DNA of 64,000 nt, taken from NCBI RefSeq assembly GCF_001194135.2, contig NC_068985.1, positions 31,364,513-31,428,512 of the forward strand, given 5' to 3'. This document shows positions 35,601 to 47,453 of this stretch, in pieces. The stretch comes from Octopus bimaculoides (taxonomy: Eukaryota). The position numbers and the translations under genes were made by a program. Each line of letters opens with the position of its first letter. The first letter of the stretch is position 1. The notes below the pieces were generated by a model, which was given only the letters and a program-made list of their open reading frames with translations, made no database searches and was not told the origin of the DNA.

Positions 35601-37949
35601 TCCCACCATTGCTTGACAACTGATCCTGGTGCGTTTATGTTCCCATAACTTAGTGGTTCAGCGAAAGAGTCTAATAGAATAAGTACTAGGCTTACAAAGA
35701 ATGAGTCCTGGGGTTGATTTCTTTAACTAAAACCCTTTAAGGCAATGCTACAGCATGACTGCAACAAGTAAAAAGAATAAAAAAACAGAATGTGTGTGTA
35801 TGTGTGTTACTGTCCCCTTGCCTTGACTTTGCATGATAGTTGTAAACGAGTGTCATCATGCAAGTGGCGTCTTTCGTTTCTAATCTTCTCTGCAAACATG
35901 GTTATGGGAAAATATTATCTTTCTTGGAAAGAGGTGAGGGCTGTTGACAAGAAGAACATTCAGACATGGAAAATCTACCTCAGCAAATTCTGCCTGACAC
36001 ATAAAGCATGGCAAAATGATGATAATGATTTTTTTATCTCACCATCTTCCTCCCATTTCCACGCAGAGTAACTATGTCATCTGAGTCTGAACAATTGCTG
36101 GTGTGCACGGTACACTACACAAGCCTGTTCAATTACTGCACTATCCAAGAATGAAACCTGTGGTAGCTCACGTATAACTCTTGTATTCATTAAACAATAC
36201 TTATCTCTTGCTTGATTGTGTACTTTTTTGCTGATCCTGCCAACAAGCAAGCAGTACACTATATATNNNNNNNNNNNNNNNNNNNNNNNNNNNNNNNNNN
36301 NNNNNNNNNNNNNNNNNNNNNNNNNNNNNNNNNNNNNNNNNNNNNNNNNNNNNNNNNNNNNNNNNNNNNNNNNNNNNNNNNNNNNNNNNNNNNNNNNNNN
36401 NNNNNNNNNNNNNNNNNNNNNNNNNNNNNNNNNNNNNNNNNNNNNNNNNNNNNNNNNNNNNTATAACATCTTCCGTCACATGCCAGGGAGAAAAACTAGA
36501 AGTAGTTGATAGCTTCTGTTACCTAGGTGACTAAGTCAGTAGCTGGGGTGGATGCTCTGACAGCTTAGCTGCTAGAATAAAAATAGCCAGGGCAAAGTAC
36601 AGAGAGCTCGTACCTCTGCTGGTAACAAAGGGCCTCTTGCTCAGAGTGAAAGGTAAACTGTATGACGCATGTGTGCAAAAATCCATGCTACACGACAGTG
36701 AAACATGGGCTGTGACTGCTGAGGACATGTGTAAGCTTGCAAGAAACGAAGCTAGGATGCTCCGCTGGATGTGTAATGTCAGTGTGCATATACAACAGAG
36801 TGTAAGCGCCCTGAGAAAAAGTTGGACATAAGAAACATCAGATGTGCTGTGCAAGAGAGACGACTGCGCTGGTAATTGTCATGTGTTACATATGGATGAG
36901 GACAGCTGTATGAAAAAGTGTTACATCCTAACAGTGGAGGGAACCTGTGGAAGAGGTAGACCCAGGAAGACCTGGGATGAGGTGGTGAAGCACAACTTTT
37001 GAACATTGGGCCTCACAGAGGCGATGATGAGCGACTGAGACTTTTGGAGATATGCTGTGCTTGAGAAGACCCGGCAGTCAAAGTGAGACTGTAACCGTAG
37101 CCTATGCCAGTCTAGCATAACTGGCCTGTTTAAGAGTACCCTTCAATCATTAGGCAAGACCTATTAAGTCAAGTGAAATCATTGTTGTGGCCGATGCCAG
37201 TACCACCTGACTGGTCTTGTGCCGGTGGCACATAAAAATACCATTCAAGTGTGGTCGCTGCCAGTGCCACTTGATTGGCTCCTGTGTCAGTGGCACGTAA
37301 AAAGCACCATTCAAGTGTGGTCGATGTCAATACAACCTGACTGGCCCTTGTGCCGGTGACACGTAAAAAAGCACCCACTAAACTCCGGAGTGGTTGGCAT
37401 TAGAAAGGGCATCCAGCTGTAGAAACCTTGCCAGATCAGATTGGAGCCTGGTACAACCTTCTGGCTTGCCAGTCCTCAGTTAAACCGTCCACCCCATGCC
37501 AGCATGGAAAGCAGACGTTAAATGATGATGATGATATACACACACACCCAGTAATATGACAAATTTGTACTTTACAGATTGCATGATAATTAGTTATTAT
37601 TAGTTATTTTTAAACAAAAGTGCACAACTTTTTATAAAATTATGAATTATTTGGGGCTGCAGCCCAAGTTTACAGACTGAAAGAATAGTTGGAAAGAACT
37701 AATCTCTGATACACAGTATAAAGGAAGTATATGTGTCTTATCTTGTAGCTAGTCTTCTGCTACAGAACATTCTGTTTTGTGAACAATATCTCTCCTTAGA
37801 TGATGTATAATGAATAGATCACTTTATGACCAGCAGTCATAGAAATTGAATATAAAACTGCCCAGAACAGACAAATGTGTATTACAGGAAAAATAACCTC
37901 AAAATGCTTCTTAGGAGCATGCACACTTGGTAATAAGTCATAAGTACTC

Positions 37950-38026
<77 letters not shown>

Positions 38027-41000
38027 TGATGATGATGATGATGATGAGTAATAGTAGTAGTAGTAGTAGTTATATCTAAAAAAAACTTACTTTGAGCTCC
38101 TGCCTTGGCTCAATATTTTTAGAAACTGTAAAATAGATATCTTGACAGTGTTGATAAGCAACAAGGTTTTGTTCAGCAAAGTTCTCAGCAGGTCGTACAA
38201 ACATCATCCAATTACATTTATTCTCATCAGACATTTCAATGTAGAAACACTCATTATTTTCACGCTCTAACTGCAAGGAAAAAGGAAAGGAAAGAAATTA
38301 TATTAAGGATGACTAAACAGAAAGAAACATCAAATATATCAAATTTTTAAAAAAATAAATTAGTATAGTGAGATAACCAAAAGGTGAAAAACAAGCATTA
38401 ATAAGTAATATACTCATAATGAAATAATGACATGTAGCATATGATCTTGAAATGCAGGATATATAGTTCTATTCAGCATTTAGTCACAGAGAATACATAA
38501 AAGGGGTCAACAATATACAGTATTGGATCTCATTTAACAGTAAATACCATTCTTAATTAACAACTTTCTATAAATTTCAACAATAAACTATATATTCTGA
38601 TCATTTCCATCTACAGACTTCAGCTAATGATATTCATATATCCATATATTTCAATTAATATAATTCAGTAATTAATATAATTCATAAATACTTTGTTGAA
38701 CACTATTTGAATGGAAATTATATCTGATAACTATACATGTAATAAAAAAGTATAAGTAGTTAAAGGCATTTCTGGAACTTTGGCTTCAGGTATTGTTTCA
38801 ACACATGACAGATAACTTTATGAAGAACAAAATTTGAACAAAATTAAATGAAACAAAAACTTCAATAATTAATACATTTGAAACTAACCATTAAAACAAA
38901 CCGACAGTTTGTCAGCTGATTTTGATTGGCTACCGGTTCACCAATAAATGGTCCAAACTGTGTAGATTTTGCAATGGGACGTTTTGCAAATACTCCAAGT
39001 TCTAGTAGAGAAAAAAAGAAAAGATCACATACAATATTTTTTGATCAATTGAAAAAATGTCTCTTTACAAATAAGCGGTTGTTCTCTCTAAAATAAATTC
39101 AATATATCACCACAACAATAAATAAGCACAGAAAGGGAATTAAAATGTAGACAACTTTTATAAGTAGATTTAATGATAAAAATGAATCTTGTGAAAAAGA
39201 AATGAATTATTATCATTAAAGACATTTATCTTTAGTCCAGTGACTTTTTTTTATAGTGGCTTCAATTAAGTGTACTATCATATCAATTGGCATGAGGTTG
39301 AGTAACAATCAGGCAATTTTTTTGTTAATTATTACGATAAAAATTTTTTAACTTAACTGATTAATACAATATCTTTGATAAGTAAATTAATCTGGTAAGA
39401 TTTGTTAATTAACAGACAAGCACTGGGCATGTCAATCCTATGACAGAGAATCAACTCCTGGTTGCAACCATATGCTTGTGTGAAGTTAGTCAAGTAAATC
39501 AACAAAGCAAAACAATCTAGAAACAATGCTTAATCCAAACTTAGTATTTATGGTAACACTACATATAACTCCCACATCTGGGACAGCAACACGTAAGAAT
39601 ATTGCAGATTGCATTTCACATAACAGGTCCCCCAATTGACAATCATGAGAGTTGGTCACTAATACAAATTTCAGTCTCTAACTCACAGACATGCTGTCTC
39701 CTCACTCTGTCTTCTCTACCACTACTCCAGTGGCTTTTATTTTTCAGGGTTGGCTTGTCTGGTGCCACTCCTAACCAAATAAATCATCTCTCTTCTTTTC
39801 CTCACCCATATTGTGTTTATTCCCTACGCTAATCACTATTTCTAAACCTTCTTCAAAATGATGGCTCTATAAAATTCCCTCCTTGTCCATGTTTTTTTCT
39901 TGCTGTTGTTCAAGATAAACTTCAACTGCATCATTCTTGACAGTCTCATTAAATATGTGAAAATTATAGGTGCAGCCATTTCCTTCAGGTCCAACCATTA
40001 AAAACAAACAAAAACAACTTAAGTTAAAATCAACAACAGTACCAATATACTCAATTACCAATTATCTACTTATAAAGAAATGACTACAGTTACAATTTAA
40101 ATGTTAATAACTAAAATGAGTATGTTTAAAAGAAAAAAAATTTTTATTGTCATATTTTTAAAATAATACAAGCAAGCATACAAATTACACAACTAACCTG
40201 TACTTTCACCAAGTCGAAATATCTGAAGTATTGGAGGCAAACTGGACCAGGCCCGAGACAAGACTACTTTATCAGGTACAATTTGTAGGCGATGTTCTGG
40301 ACATTCATTTTGGTAAGTAGCCATGCATTCTTCACACCCTTGATAAAAGTAAAGTTTAAAATGTAGTTCTGATTGGAGTAAAACAAATATGCAAAAATTA
40401 CAATGAAAATTATAAAATACTTACAAAGTTCATCAGGGTTATATGCCTTGGTAGGTTTATACTGACGGCGATGACTCGACCAGCTTGACTCGGCTTCCAT
40501 ATTGGCAATGCGGTTTGATTTACGCAACTTCAATAAGAAATACAAACAACAAAAGAGAAGTTAATTTCAATTCTTTCTTTTAGATTAAGGTCATTTTTTC
40601 ATGTAGACAAAAACCAAAATATTTTGATTTTTTTTTTTTGCTACCATCATTTTCCTAAAAGTCTGGAAGTGTGCTGGTACTTATAAATAAAAAGTGACTG
40701 AGGATAGGTCTCCCTCTTACCTGTCCTTCCACCTCTGTCTGGACAGGGTATCAATCCAGTGAAAGTTTTGTTACAATGCCTTTGAGAAGCATGTTCTTGA
40801 GAAATAAGCATATTTGTAATAAGAAGTAAATAAGGTATCATTACAAGATACAATCAATTGACATTGGTAAGCAGGCCAGACTTGTCTTGGGCAGTTGAGA
40901 CTCTTACAGTCTGGATAACTCTAAACATTTGAACATTAATATTAGTATGCATTTTGAGAGCAACTGAGCTGTCATTAGCTTTGCTTAAACACATACGATC

Positions 41001-44000
41001 AAACATTTAAGACTATCAAAAGCCAAACAGATTCCAAAATAATTTTCAGTTGCCAGCTACATCAAGTTAATCTCGAAGGACTATTATGTAACAACTAAGT
41101 CTAAGTTACCCATATTCACTATGGCTACCACCAAAGTCTTCATTTATAACTACAATATAAACTATGAGCAGACAATCATTGCAAGCAGCAATACAGTGAT
41201 TGCATTAGGCTGTGGAAGATTGATAAAGAAATGCATTGGAAGGTAAATAGTACGTAGAACATAGAAAATAAAATACTTCAGTAATTTTGATGTAAACAAG
41301 TTATCTTGTTTCCTGTCCCAAATCATATAAAAATTAAAAATAAAACAAGAAAATTTCAACTTACTTGTCGTTTTGAATGAGGAATATTTTCTTTTTCCTC
41401 TTCTAAGCAATTGAGAATGTTATTAGTAATGTTATTAGATGCAGCAGCATTACCAGAAACCCTGTTTGATGCAATATTAACAGAACCTCTGCTTGATCCA
41501 GCAATGTTGCCAGAGCTTATGTTAGAGTCAGCAGTATTGTCTAGTCCATTAATAGAGCCATTGATATCAGCAGAAACACAACTAGATCCAGTGATATTAC
41601 TCGGCCCAGTGTTGCTAGTTCCGGCAGTATTGCTAGAAAAATTGCTGGGTCCAGTAATATTACCAAGTCCACTACTGCTAGCTCCAGTAATATTTGGACC
41701 ATGGCTTAGGCTACTAACATTAGCTGAATCATTGTTAGATCTAGCAACAATTTCTTCTAGATTCTGAGATATTGCTAGATGAGCACCACCTGAAAAAAAA
41801 AAAAACATTGACAGGTAATATCACTAATAACTGATACATCAACATAAAGCCTCAGGTGCTTTAAAGCAAAGCAAGAAGGCTGACATCCTGCACATGCACA
41901 CATAAAATTTATGCTATCATATAAAAATAGATTTTAAAATTATGATGATGTTCATTGTCATTGTTATCATTATAAACTTTTGCATTTTACTTGTTTTATT
42001 CATTGAACTGTATACCTGGTGGTGTATCACCTTGACCTCAGTACTTACAAATTGACCTCAGAACTTACTATTCTAAGTCTGGTATTTATTTTACTTACTA
42101 AGTTACAGGGTCACAAACAAACCAATATTGGGAGTGGAGGACAAGCATAGACACAAAACATGCCTGTGTGCATGCGTGTGCATGCACACACACATACACA
42201 ATGGGCTTCCAGACAGTTTCTGTTTACCAAATTCATTTACAAGGCATTAGTTGACCTGGAGGTAGATTAAAAGACACTTGCCCAAACAAGCCTGAAACCA
42301 CATGGTTGCAAAGTGAGCTTCTTAACCACACAGAATAAAATGATAGAAGACAATTATTACTATTATTTAGGTCCATTGTTCTCAAGAGTACATATCACTG
42401 AATAAACAATTTCTGGTACTGAACTAAGTGGAATAGATTCAATATGTACAAGAGACTTCAAGGAAAGTAAAGTTACACTAAATCAGTGATGTCCTGTATT
42501 CTACAAAGTCATTAATAGGATATAGAACATTGCTTTTGTAACTTTTCATGTTTATGTAATGATTAAAGGGACAATACACTGATAAAATTTTTCATCTTTC
42601 ACCAGTGTGAATCTTTAAAGAAGGATTTTTCTTACAACACAAAGTAAAAATGATGACATGCCCAACATTAGGAGGATTTTAGCCTAGCACTGCAACTTAA
42701 AAAATCCTCATTACTTACATAGTACTCCATCTATTTACACATTAGTTAATAGAGCTATTGGTAGTTAAATTTCAATAGCTTAATGCAGAGCAAGTAAACT
42801 CACTAACCAAAATAAAAATATATGAAAAAGAAAGAGAGATTTAAATGACAGAGAATCAACTTACTTGATAAATCTGCATCAACTTCAGCAGAACTGTCAG
42901 CAACACCATCAGTACTAATTGAGTTAAGATGATGTTGCCGCCTAAAATTATCAATTATACAAGACTGGGCAGCCTCAACTCTTTGAAAAACACCAATATC
43001 CCTTTCCAAGACAACACTTGGTGATACGGAGTTGGTACCATCCACAGTTGATGATAACTGTCCACTGCTAACAGCAGAAACTGCTACACCCAAGACCTCA
43101 CGTGTTGTAGTACTAATACCATTGCTACTAGATATGGTAGAATGGAGACCATTAGCATCATTTGTCTCTTCAATACCATTGTCAGTGTTGAATGCCACAC
43201 CAGAACCAACTGAAAACAAAGAAATAAAAAAAAAAGAACAATACAATCAAACTATTCAAGATAACATGAATACAAAAGAAAAAAAATAAAGATTCAAATT
43301 ATGAAAATTAGTAGAACATCTTAAGACACTTCATTTTGAACAGATCTTCAAATTTCAATATTTGTTAATGTTATTATTATAGACTTCAGTGAAACAGTAA
43401 ATCTCCAGTAAAGAATCAGTTGATTGTAAAGTTGGAACCAACAAATAGCAAACATCTTACATTTCAGATTCATCAAGGACTATACTGTGTATGCAATTAT
43501 ACACTTCTATTTAGATGCATGTAGTACGAGAGTAAGAAATATTGTGAGGACTCCAAGGTGGTAGTTTGGATATTTTTATTCAGTGTGTGGTGTCCAACAT
43601 ATATTTCCTGTTCTATAGTTCAAAATACTGGCGTTTACCAATATAATATATAAAAGAAAAAATAATGAACATTAGCAACTATATGTATGATAAAGGATTT
43701 TTTCAAAAGGTAGTTCACCTTGGGCAGAGCTAAAGTCTTGGCTGTCTTCTTGGGTTGTATCTGGTTCTCCACTCAGAGTTTCCATAGGTTGGTGCTGACT
43801 CTGTAACAAATGGGTTTATTCATATGTAATTCAATGACACTAACAGATATATTAAAAAACAAGATGAGGTGGACATATACAAGCAGCAGTGATGATAATT
43901 AGTTACCATGCAGCCAACCAGGAACAAAGAAATTTGTGATAGTCATGCTTTTCTCGATGCCATTAATAACACATTAAGTTAAATAGCTTCAATTGTGAAT

Positions 44001-45174
44001 TGAATATATATATTTATTAATAAATTTTAGCCCTACTATGATGCTTACCATTGAAGGAAATCATCTAATCTGGTTTACAACTAAACAGTCCAGATTTGTG
44101 ACATTGATGTCTTTCTACTGTAGTAGCATTAAATAAAGTGATGTTGTTTCAACTTGGAATCAAAATAAGATCATAAACTGCTCTATAGCACTAGTGAGAG
44201 AAGCAGAGGAAAATAAGAAAATGAAACTCAGTAGAGAGATTGTAAAAAGAAAGCCAAATTGCAATACATTTGCAATGTTAGTAATATTACTATGTTATGA
44301 AAAGAATCTACAAACCACAGAACCAATAGTGGAAGCCTGGTGAGTACTGTCGTGATCCCTTTGGAGACTCAATGTAGACTGGCTCACAGTACAATCAACT
44401 GGAGAAACAACACGCTGCACTGCCATCAAGTTGTCATTCATAACATGATGTCCATGAAAAGTCTGCAATGGAAACATAAAGAAAGCAATAAATAAAGTGT
44501 ATAACAAATATGAAGTTCTTCAAAGAGTTTTTTTTCTATAATTATCGGACTTCTTTCCAAAGGTAGAGTATAATCAAGAATTCTCTAGAATGCTATAGAT
44601 TAATTTTATAAGAATCTTCTGAAAAGTGTTGGACAAATAATAAAAACAGACTTACGGCATGCTGCAGTGTGGTACTGTCAACAGTTGGAGCAGCAATGAG
44701 CTGTGTGCCATTAGCAGTTTGTAAGGTTGAGTATGTAGCAATACCATCACTTCCAGAAACCACTTCCCCACTTTGGAATTCATCCACAGGTGAAATCCTT
44801 TCAAATGAAGATTGTGCTGGCTGATAGAGATTGGCTCCATGAGGAATGTTGATTTGGTACGTAGCAAATTGAGGTGACTGAAAATCAACATACTGTGCTG
44901 TAAATGTACTTGAAGCTGCAGCAGCTGCTACTGCTGGTGTTGCAGCTAAAATTGGGAGACCCTGATGAGCAGTGGTTACAGTAAATGTTCCACTATTTGA
45001 AGGAGGGGCAGCAACAAATTGGGCGGACTGCAAAACAGCTTGTTGTGTCTGCACTTGTTGATGCAACTGTGCTTGAGACGGCTGTGGGTGCTGTGGTGGC
45101 TGTTGTTGGTGTTGCACCTGTTGTCCCACTGCTGCCCACACTGTGGTTTGATTAGAACTGCTATCACTCTCCAT
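25635..45174 (-). CDS. PRDM10: PR/SET domain zinc finger protein 10 (PRDM10 orthologue), 13 coding exons, about 1474 aa
   Basis: Phase-consistent exon chain: 45174-44656, 44462-44316, 43800-43719, 43209-42865, 41789-41365, 40527-40425, 40338-40198, 39001-38889, 38270-38091, 34872-34800, 32274-32048, 28561-28539, 27681-25635; total 4425 nt. It encodes a zinc knuckle (WCEEC..CPEH), a PR domain ([38 protein letters not shown]) and fingers matching remembered human PRDM10 motifs ([50 protein letters not shown]). Confidence 0.95.
28080..28335. repeat. CT/GA-rich tandem duplication, 2 imperfect copies
   Basis: tctctctgtctatatgtc...gagaaaaa.atgtgaga..gaaagggg occurs twice. Confidence 0.7.
28539..28561 (-). 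CDS. PRDM10: PRDM10 candidate microexon 12 (23 or 20 nt, QASQPSAR)
   Basis: atgcTAG|CAG|GCCTCCCAGCCTTCAGCCCG|gtttgt; supplies the phase 0 to 2 change needed between exons 11 and 13. Confidence 0.65.
29154..29531 (-). mobile_element. tRNA-derived SINE, near full length
   Basis: A-box tggcccagtggtt, B-box ggtttcgattccc; 3' half shared with 2929-3235. Confidence 0.85.
30245..31647 (-). mobile_element. Full-length mariner (DD34D) with a disrupted transposase, in a PRDM10 intron
   Basis: About 27-bp TIRs (tcaggtcatcccataagttctgtc..), TA TSD on both sides. The transposase runs 31463 ([19 protein letters not shown]) to 30320, with VTGD.KW and [13 protein letters not shown] (34-residue spacing counted); one premature TGA, a frameshift and a gap. 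Confidence 0.93.
32048..32274 (-). CDS. PRDM10: PRDM10 coding exon 11, first C2H2 finger
   Basis: [23 protein letters not shown]; tgacag|..GTG|gtaaat, phase 1-0. Confidence 0.88.
32358..32574 (-). mobile_element. TTAA-site MITE, copy 3
   Basis: ttaa|ccctttagca..; reverse complement of copies 1 and 2. Confidence 0.7.
33052..33262 (-). mobile_element. RTE LINE 3' end
   Basis: (CAT)n gtttaacgtccgctttccatgctagc...; near-identical to the reverse complement of 21380-21579. Confidence 0.85.
34800..34872 (-). CDS. PRDM10: PRDM10 coding exon 10, PR/SET C-end
   Basis: [24 protein letters not shown]; ttctag|..|gttatt, 73 nt, phase 0-1. Confidence 0.92.
35283..36030 (+). mobile_element. Composite of CORE-type SINEs (duplicated head, two tails)
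   Basis: Head at 35283 and again at about 35418; (GT)n; first tail to about 35790, RTE-like tail to about 36030. Confidence 0.75.
36466..37535 (+). mobile_element. RTE-clade LINE, 5'-truncated (RT C-terminus, 3' UTR, (GAT)n tail)
   Basis: [40 protein letters not shown] with stops and frameshifts; tail gttaaatgatgatgat. Confidence 0.88.
37948..38070. repeat. Compound microsatellite (AAT)n(GAT)n(TAG)n
   Basis: Read directly; ends about 20 nt from the PRDM10 exon 9 donor. Confidence 0.95.
38091..38270 (-). CDS. PRDM10: PRDM10 coding exon 9, PR/SET core
   Basis: [28 protein letters not shown]...RQELK; ttgcag|..|gtaagt, phase 0-0. Confidence 0.95.
38889..39001 (-). CDS. PRDM10: PRDM10 coding exon 8, PR/SET N-part
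   Basis: [20 protein letters not shown]; tactag|..|gttagt, phase 1-0. Confidence 0.92.
40198..40338 (-). CDS. PRDM10: PRDM10 coding exon 7, PR zinc knuckle
   Basis: [35 protein letters not shown]; atcaag|..|gttagt, phase 1-1. Confidence 0.92.
40425..40527 (-). CDS. PRDM10: PRDM10 coding exon 6
   Basis: ttgaag|TTG...CTTT|gtaagt, 103 nt, phase 0-1; ends ...YNPDEL. Confidence 0.85.
41365..41789 (-). CDS. PRDM10: PRDM10 coding exon 5 (S/N/G-rich)
   Basis: tttcag|GT...CAA|gtaagt, 425 nt, phase 1-0. Confidence 0.85.
42865..43209 (-). CDS. PRDM10: PRDM10 coding exon 4
   Basis: tttcag|TT...TCAA|gtaagt, 345 nt, phase 1-1. Confidence 0.85.
43719..43800 (-). CDS. PRDM10: PRDM10 coding exon 3 ([27 protein letters not shown])
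   Basis: ttacag|AGT...CAAG|gtgaac, 82 nt, phase 0-1; bridges the phases of exons 2 and 4; absent from the ORF track. Confidence 0.8.
44316..44462 (-). CDS. PRDM10: PRDM10 coding exon 2
   Basis: ttgcag|ACT...GTG|gtttgt, 147 nt, phase 0-0. Confidence 0.75.
44656..45174 (-). CDS. PRDM10: PRDM10 coding exon 1 (Q/A-rich N-terminus; exon acceptor at 45231)
   Basis: ATG at 45174 with in-frame stops upstream in the same exon; acceptor ttttag at 45232; donor GCC|gtaagt, phase 0. Confidence 0.85.
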
Positions 45175-46823
45175 TGCAAATAGTTTTCAGTCTTCCTGCC
45201 AAGATAAAGAGGTATCATGTCATCTTTATACCTAAAATATAAAAGAAATAACATTTTAATAAGGTTGAGTATGCAACAGACTAATTAAACTTAGATAAAT
45301 TATATGCAATAATACCACAGCAACAATGATGATCACGCACCCAGGATTGTTTGTGAGCTAAATGACTGTTTCTATGAAATTCTCTTGCGATGCACCTTAG
45401 TAACAGATGACAGAAAGCTTGTTATAAAGGCTAGTGACTTTAATAGAAATAACTAGTCAGCAAATGATGGTTATTCCTATGTAGATGTTTATGCTATACA
45501 GAATGAATTTTTGTGATGCAAATGATGCAATAGATAGCCTCTTATATGAATATATCCCCACCCATTTCCCCTATTTTATTAAATACACCTGAGAGCACAA
45601 TAGGTCACTGAGAGGTACTTGCCTGGCCTTATCAATTTCAGTCTCTAAACAGCTCTCCATAAACTAGAAACCAAATGAGTTGATTCTGATATATAACTAT
45701 ATTCATATCAGCACATGTAACTAACTGTTATAAGCATAGAAAGTATCCTTTAGCCTTAATCAGTTACTAACCCTCAACAAAACTCAAGTAAGAGTCACAT
45801 TAGTGCACAGCTCACTTATATGAGAGTATGCTGCTGCTACATATGACATCCTAAACCATATCCAAAATGCCATTTAACTGATTAGTAAAGATTCAATTAC
45901 TAGCTTATAGACATGCTGTGTCTTCTCTCTGCCTCTTCTATTTCTATAACAATAGCTTCTGTTCTTTTATGATAGGTAGCTGCATACTCTCTGAATACAG
46001 GCCTATTTGTCTCTTCTCCCATCCTGTACCCTTACAGTGTCTCATCTCCCAGATTTCATATTCTGCCAATCCTTCCTATCCAGGCCTGTAACTTCTTGGA
46101 ATCCCTTCTCCACCCACATTATTCTTACAGCCATCAACTCATAAATGTTTGAGCTTAATATCAACTGCACCAATCACATGAGCCCCAAAGAACTATAAAA
46201 GCCAAAAGCACTGTCCCTTTTCCTGACTATTTTATAAAAAAAGATAAGATTTAACTATTTAGAAAATTTCTGAGTGTACTCAATGGTCAATTAGCAAGAA
46301 ATGAAACAAACTGATTCAAGGTAGGCCTGCTCAATAAAGTCTGAACTGGGGAACTAAATAACAAGTTGGCTCAAATCAATAGTCTTCTAAGCACTGTTTA
46401 TATCATTATAGCCAAATGAAGCATTATGTACCTTCAAAAGGATCCTCACATTACTGTTTTGTAAATGATATAAATACAATATGAGAACAATGTAGAACCA
46501 ACCAACATATACAGGCATAGGAAATCAGATTTGAAATTAGCATTATGAATGCATTTTAATTTTTGCTTCTGCAATACATCATTCATATATTTGTTCATTC
46601 CATATCAATTTTTCCTTACTAGCATAGGTTGGATGAATACAGAGGTATTGTTTTACGGCTGAATACCTTGAATATCCTTTTTGTCATTAATCCTTACCTG
46701 TTTTTCAAACAATGGATATACGATGATATATGAGCAGAGAATGTCAATGAATATCATTGCTTTTTTGCTCAACAAACTTTTATGTGAGGGCAGAGACATA
46801 CACATGCAGGCAAATGCACATCA

Positions 46824-47416
46824 TTATCATCATTTAATGTCTATGTTCAATGCTGGCATGGGTTGGACAGTTTGAGAGGATCTGATGGCTTGAAGATTGC
46901 ATCATGTTCTAATGTTTGCTTTGGAATGGTTTCTATGGCTAAATGCTCTTCCTAATAGTGTCCATTTTACATCCATTTTACAGTGTGCAGTGGGAGCTTT
47001 TTTCATGGTATCATTAATAGCAAGGTCATCCATGCAGCTTGCAAGACTAAGATCAACTATGAGTGGAGCTACAGTAAAAAGGGAGGCAGCTTTATGCTAG
47101 GAGATGAAGGGCTTAAGTATGAAGAAGGAGCCAGAACAGAACAAGTTTCCTGCTGTAGAGGAGCTACATGAATACTCATGTTTTGGAAGTGAGGGTTTGG
47201 AACTGGTAAGAAATAAAATCTATTGATTTTAAGGGAAAGAGAAACATTTTGTAACAGCCATGTACTTTCCAAGAGAGCTACTAATTTATTCTAATGGCTT
47301 TATGCAGAGGCACAATCACGACTGGGTGGTAAGTTTTCTTCACAATCAGATGGTTCCAGATTTAGTTCCACTGGGTGGTACCTTGGGTAAGTGTCTTCTT
47401 TAACTGAAAGAAAACC

Positions 47417-47453
<37 letters not shown>

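Noticed and set aside
39850-39990. AG..GT-bounded open stretch in PRDM10 intron 7
   Set aside because: Exons 7 and 8 join in phase with an intact knuckle-PR junction; the phase 1 reading hits a stop.
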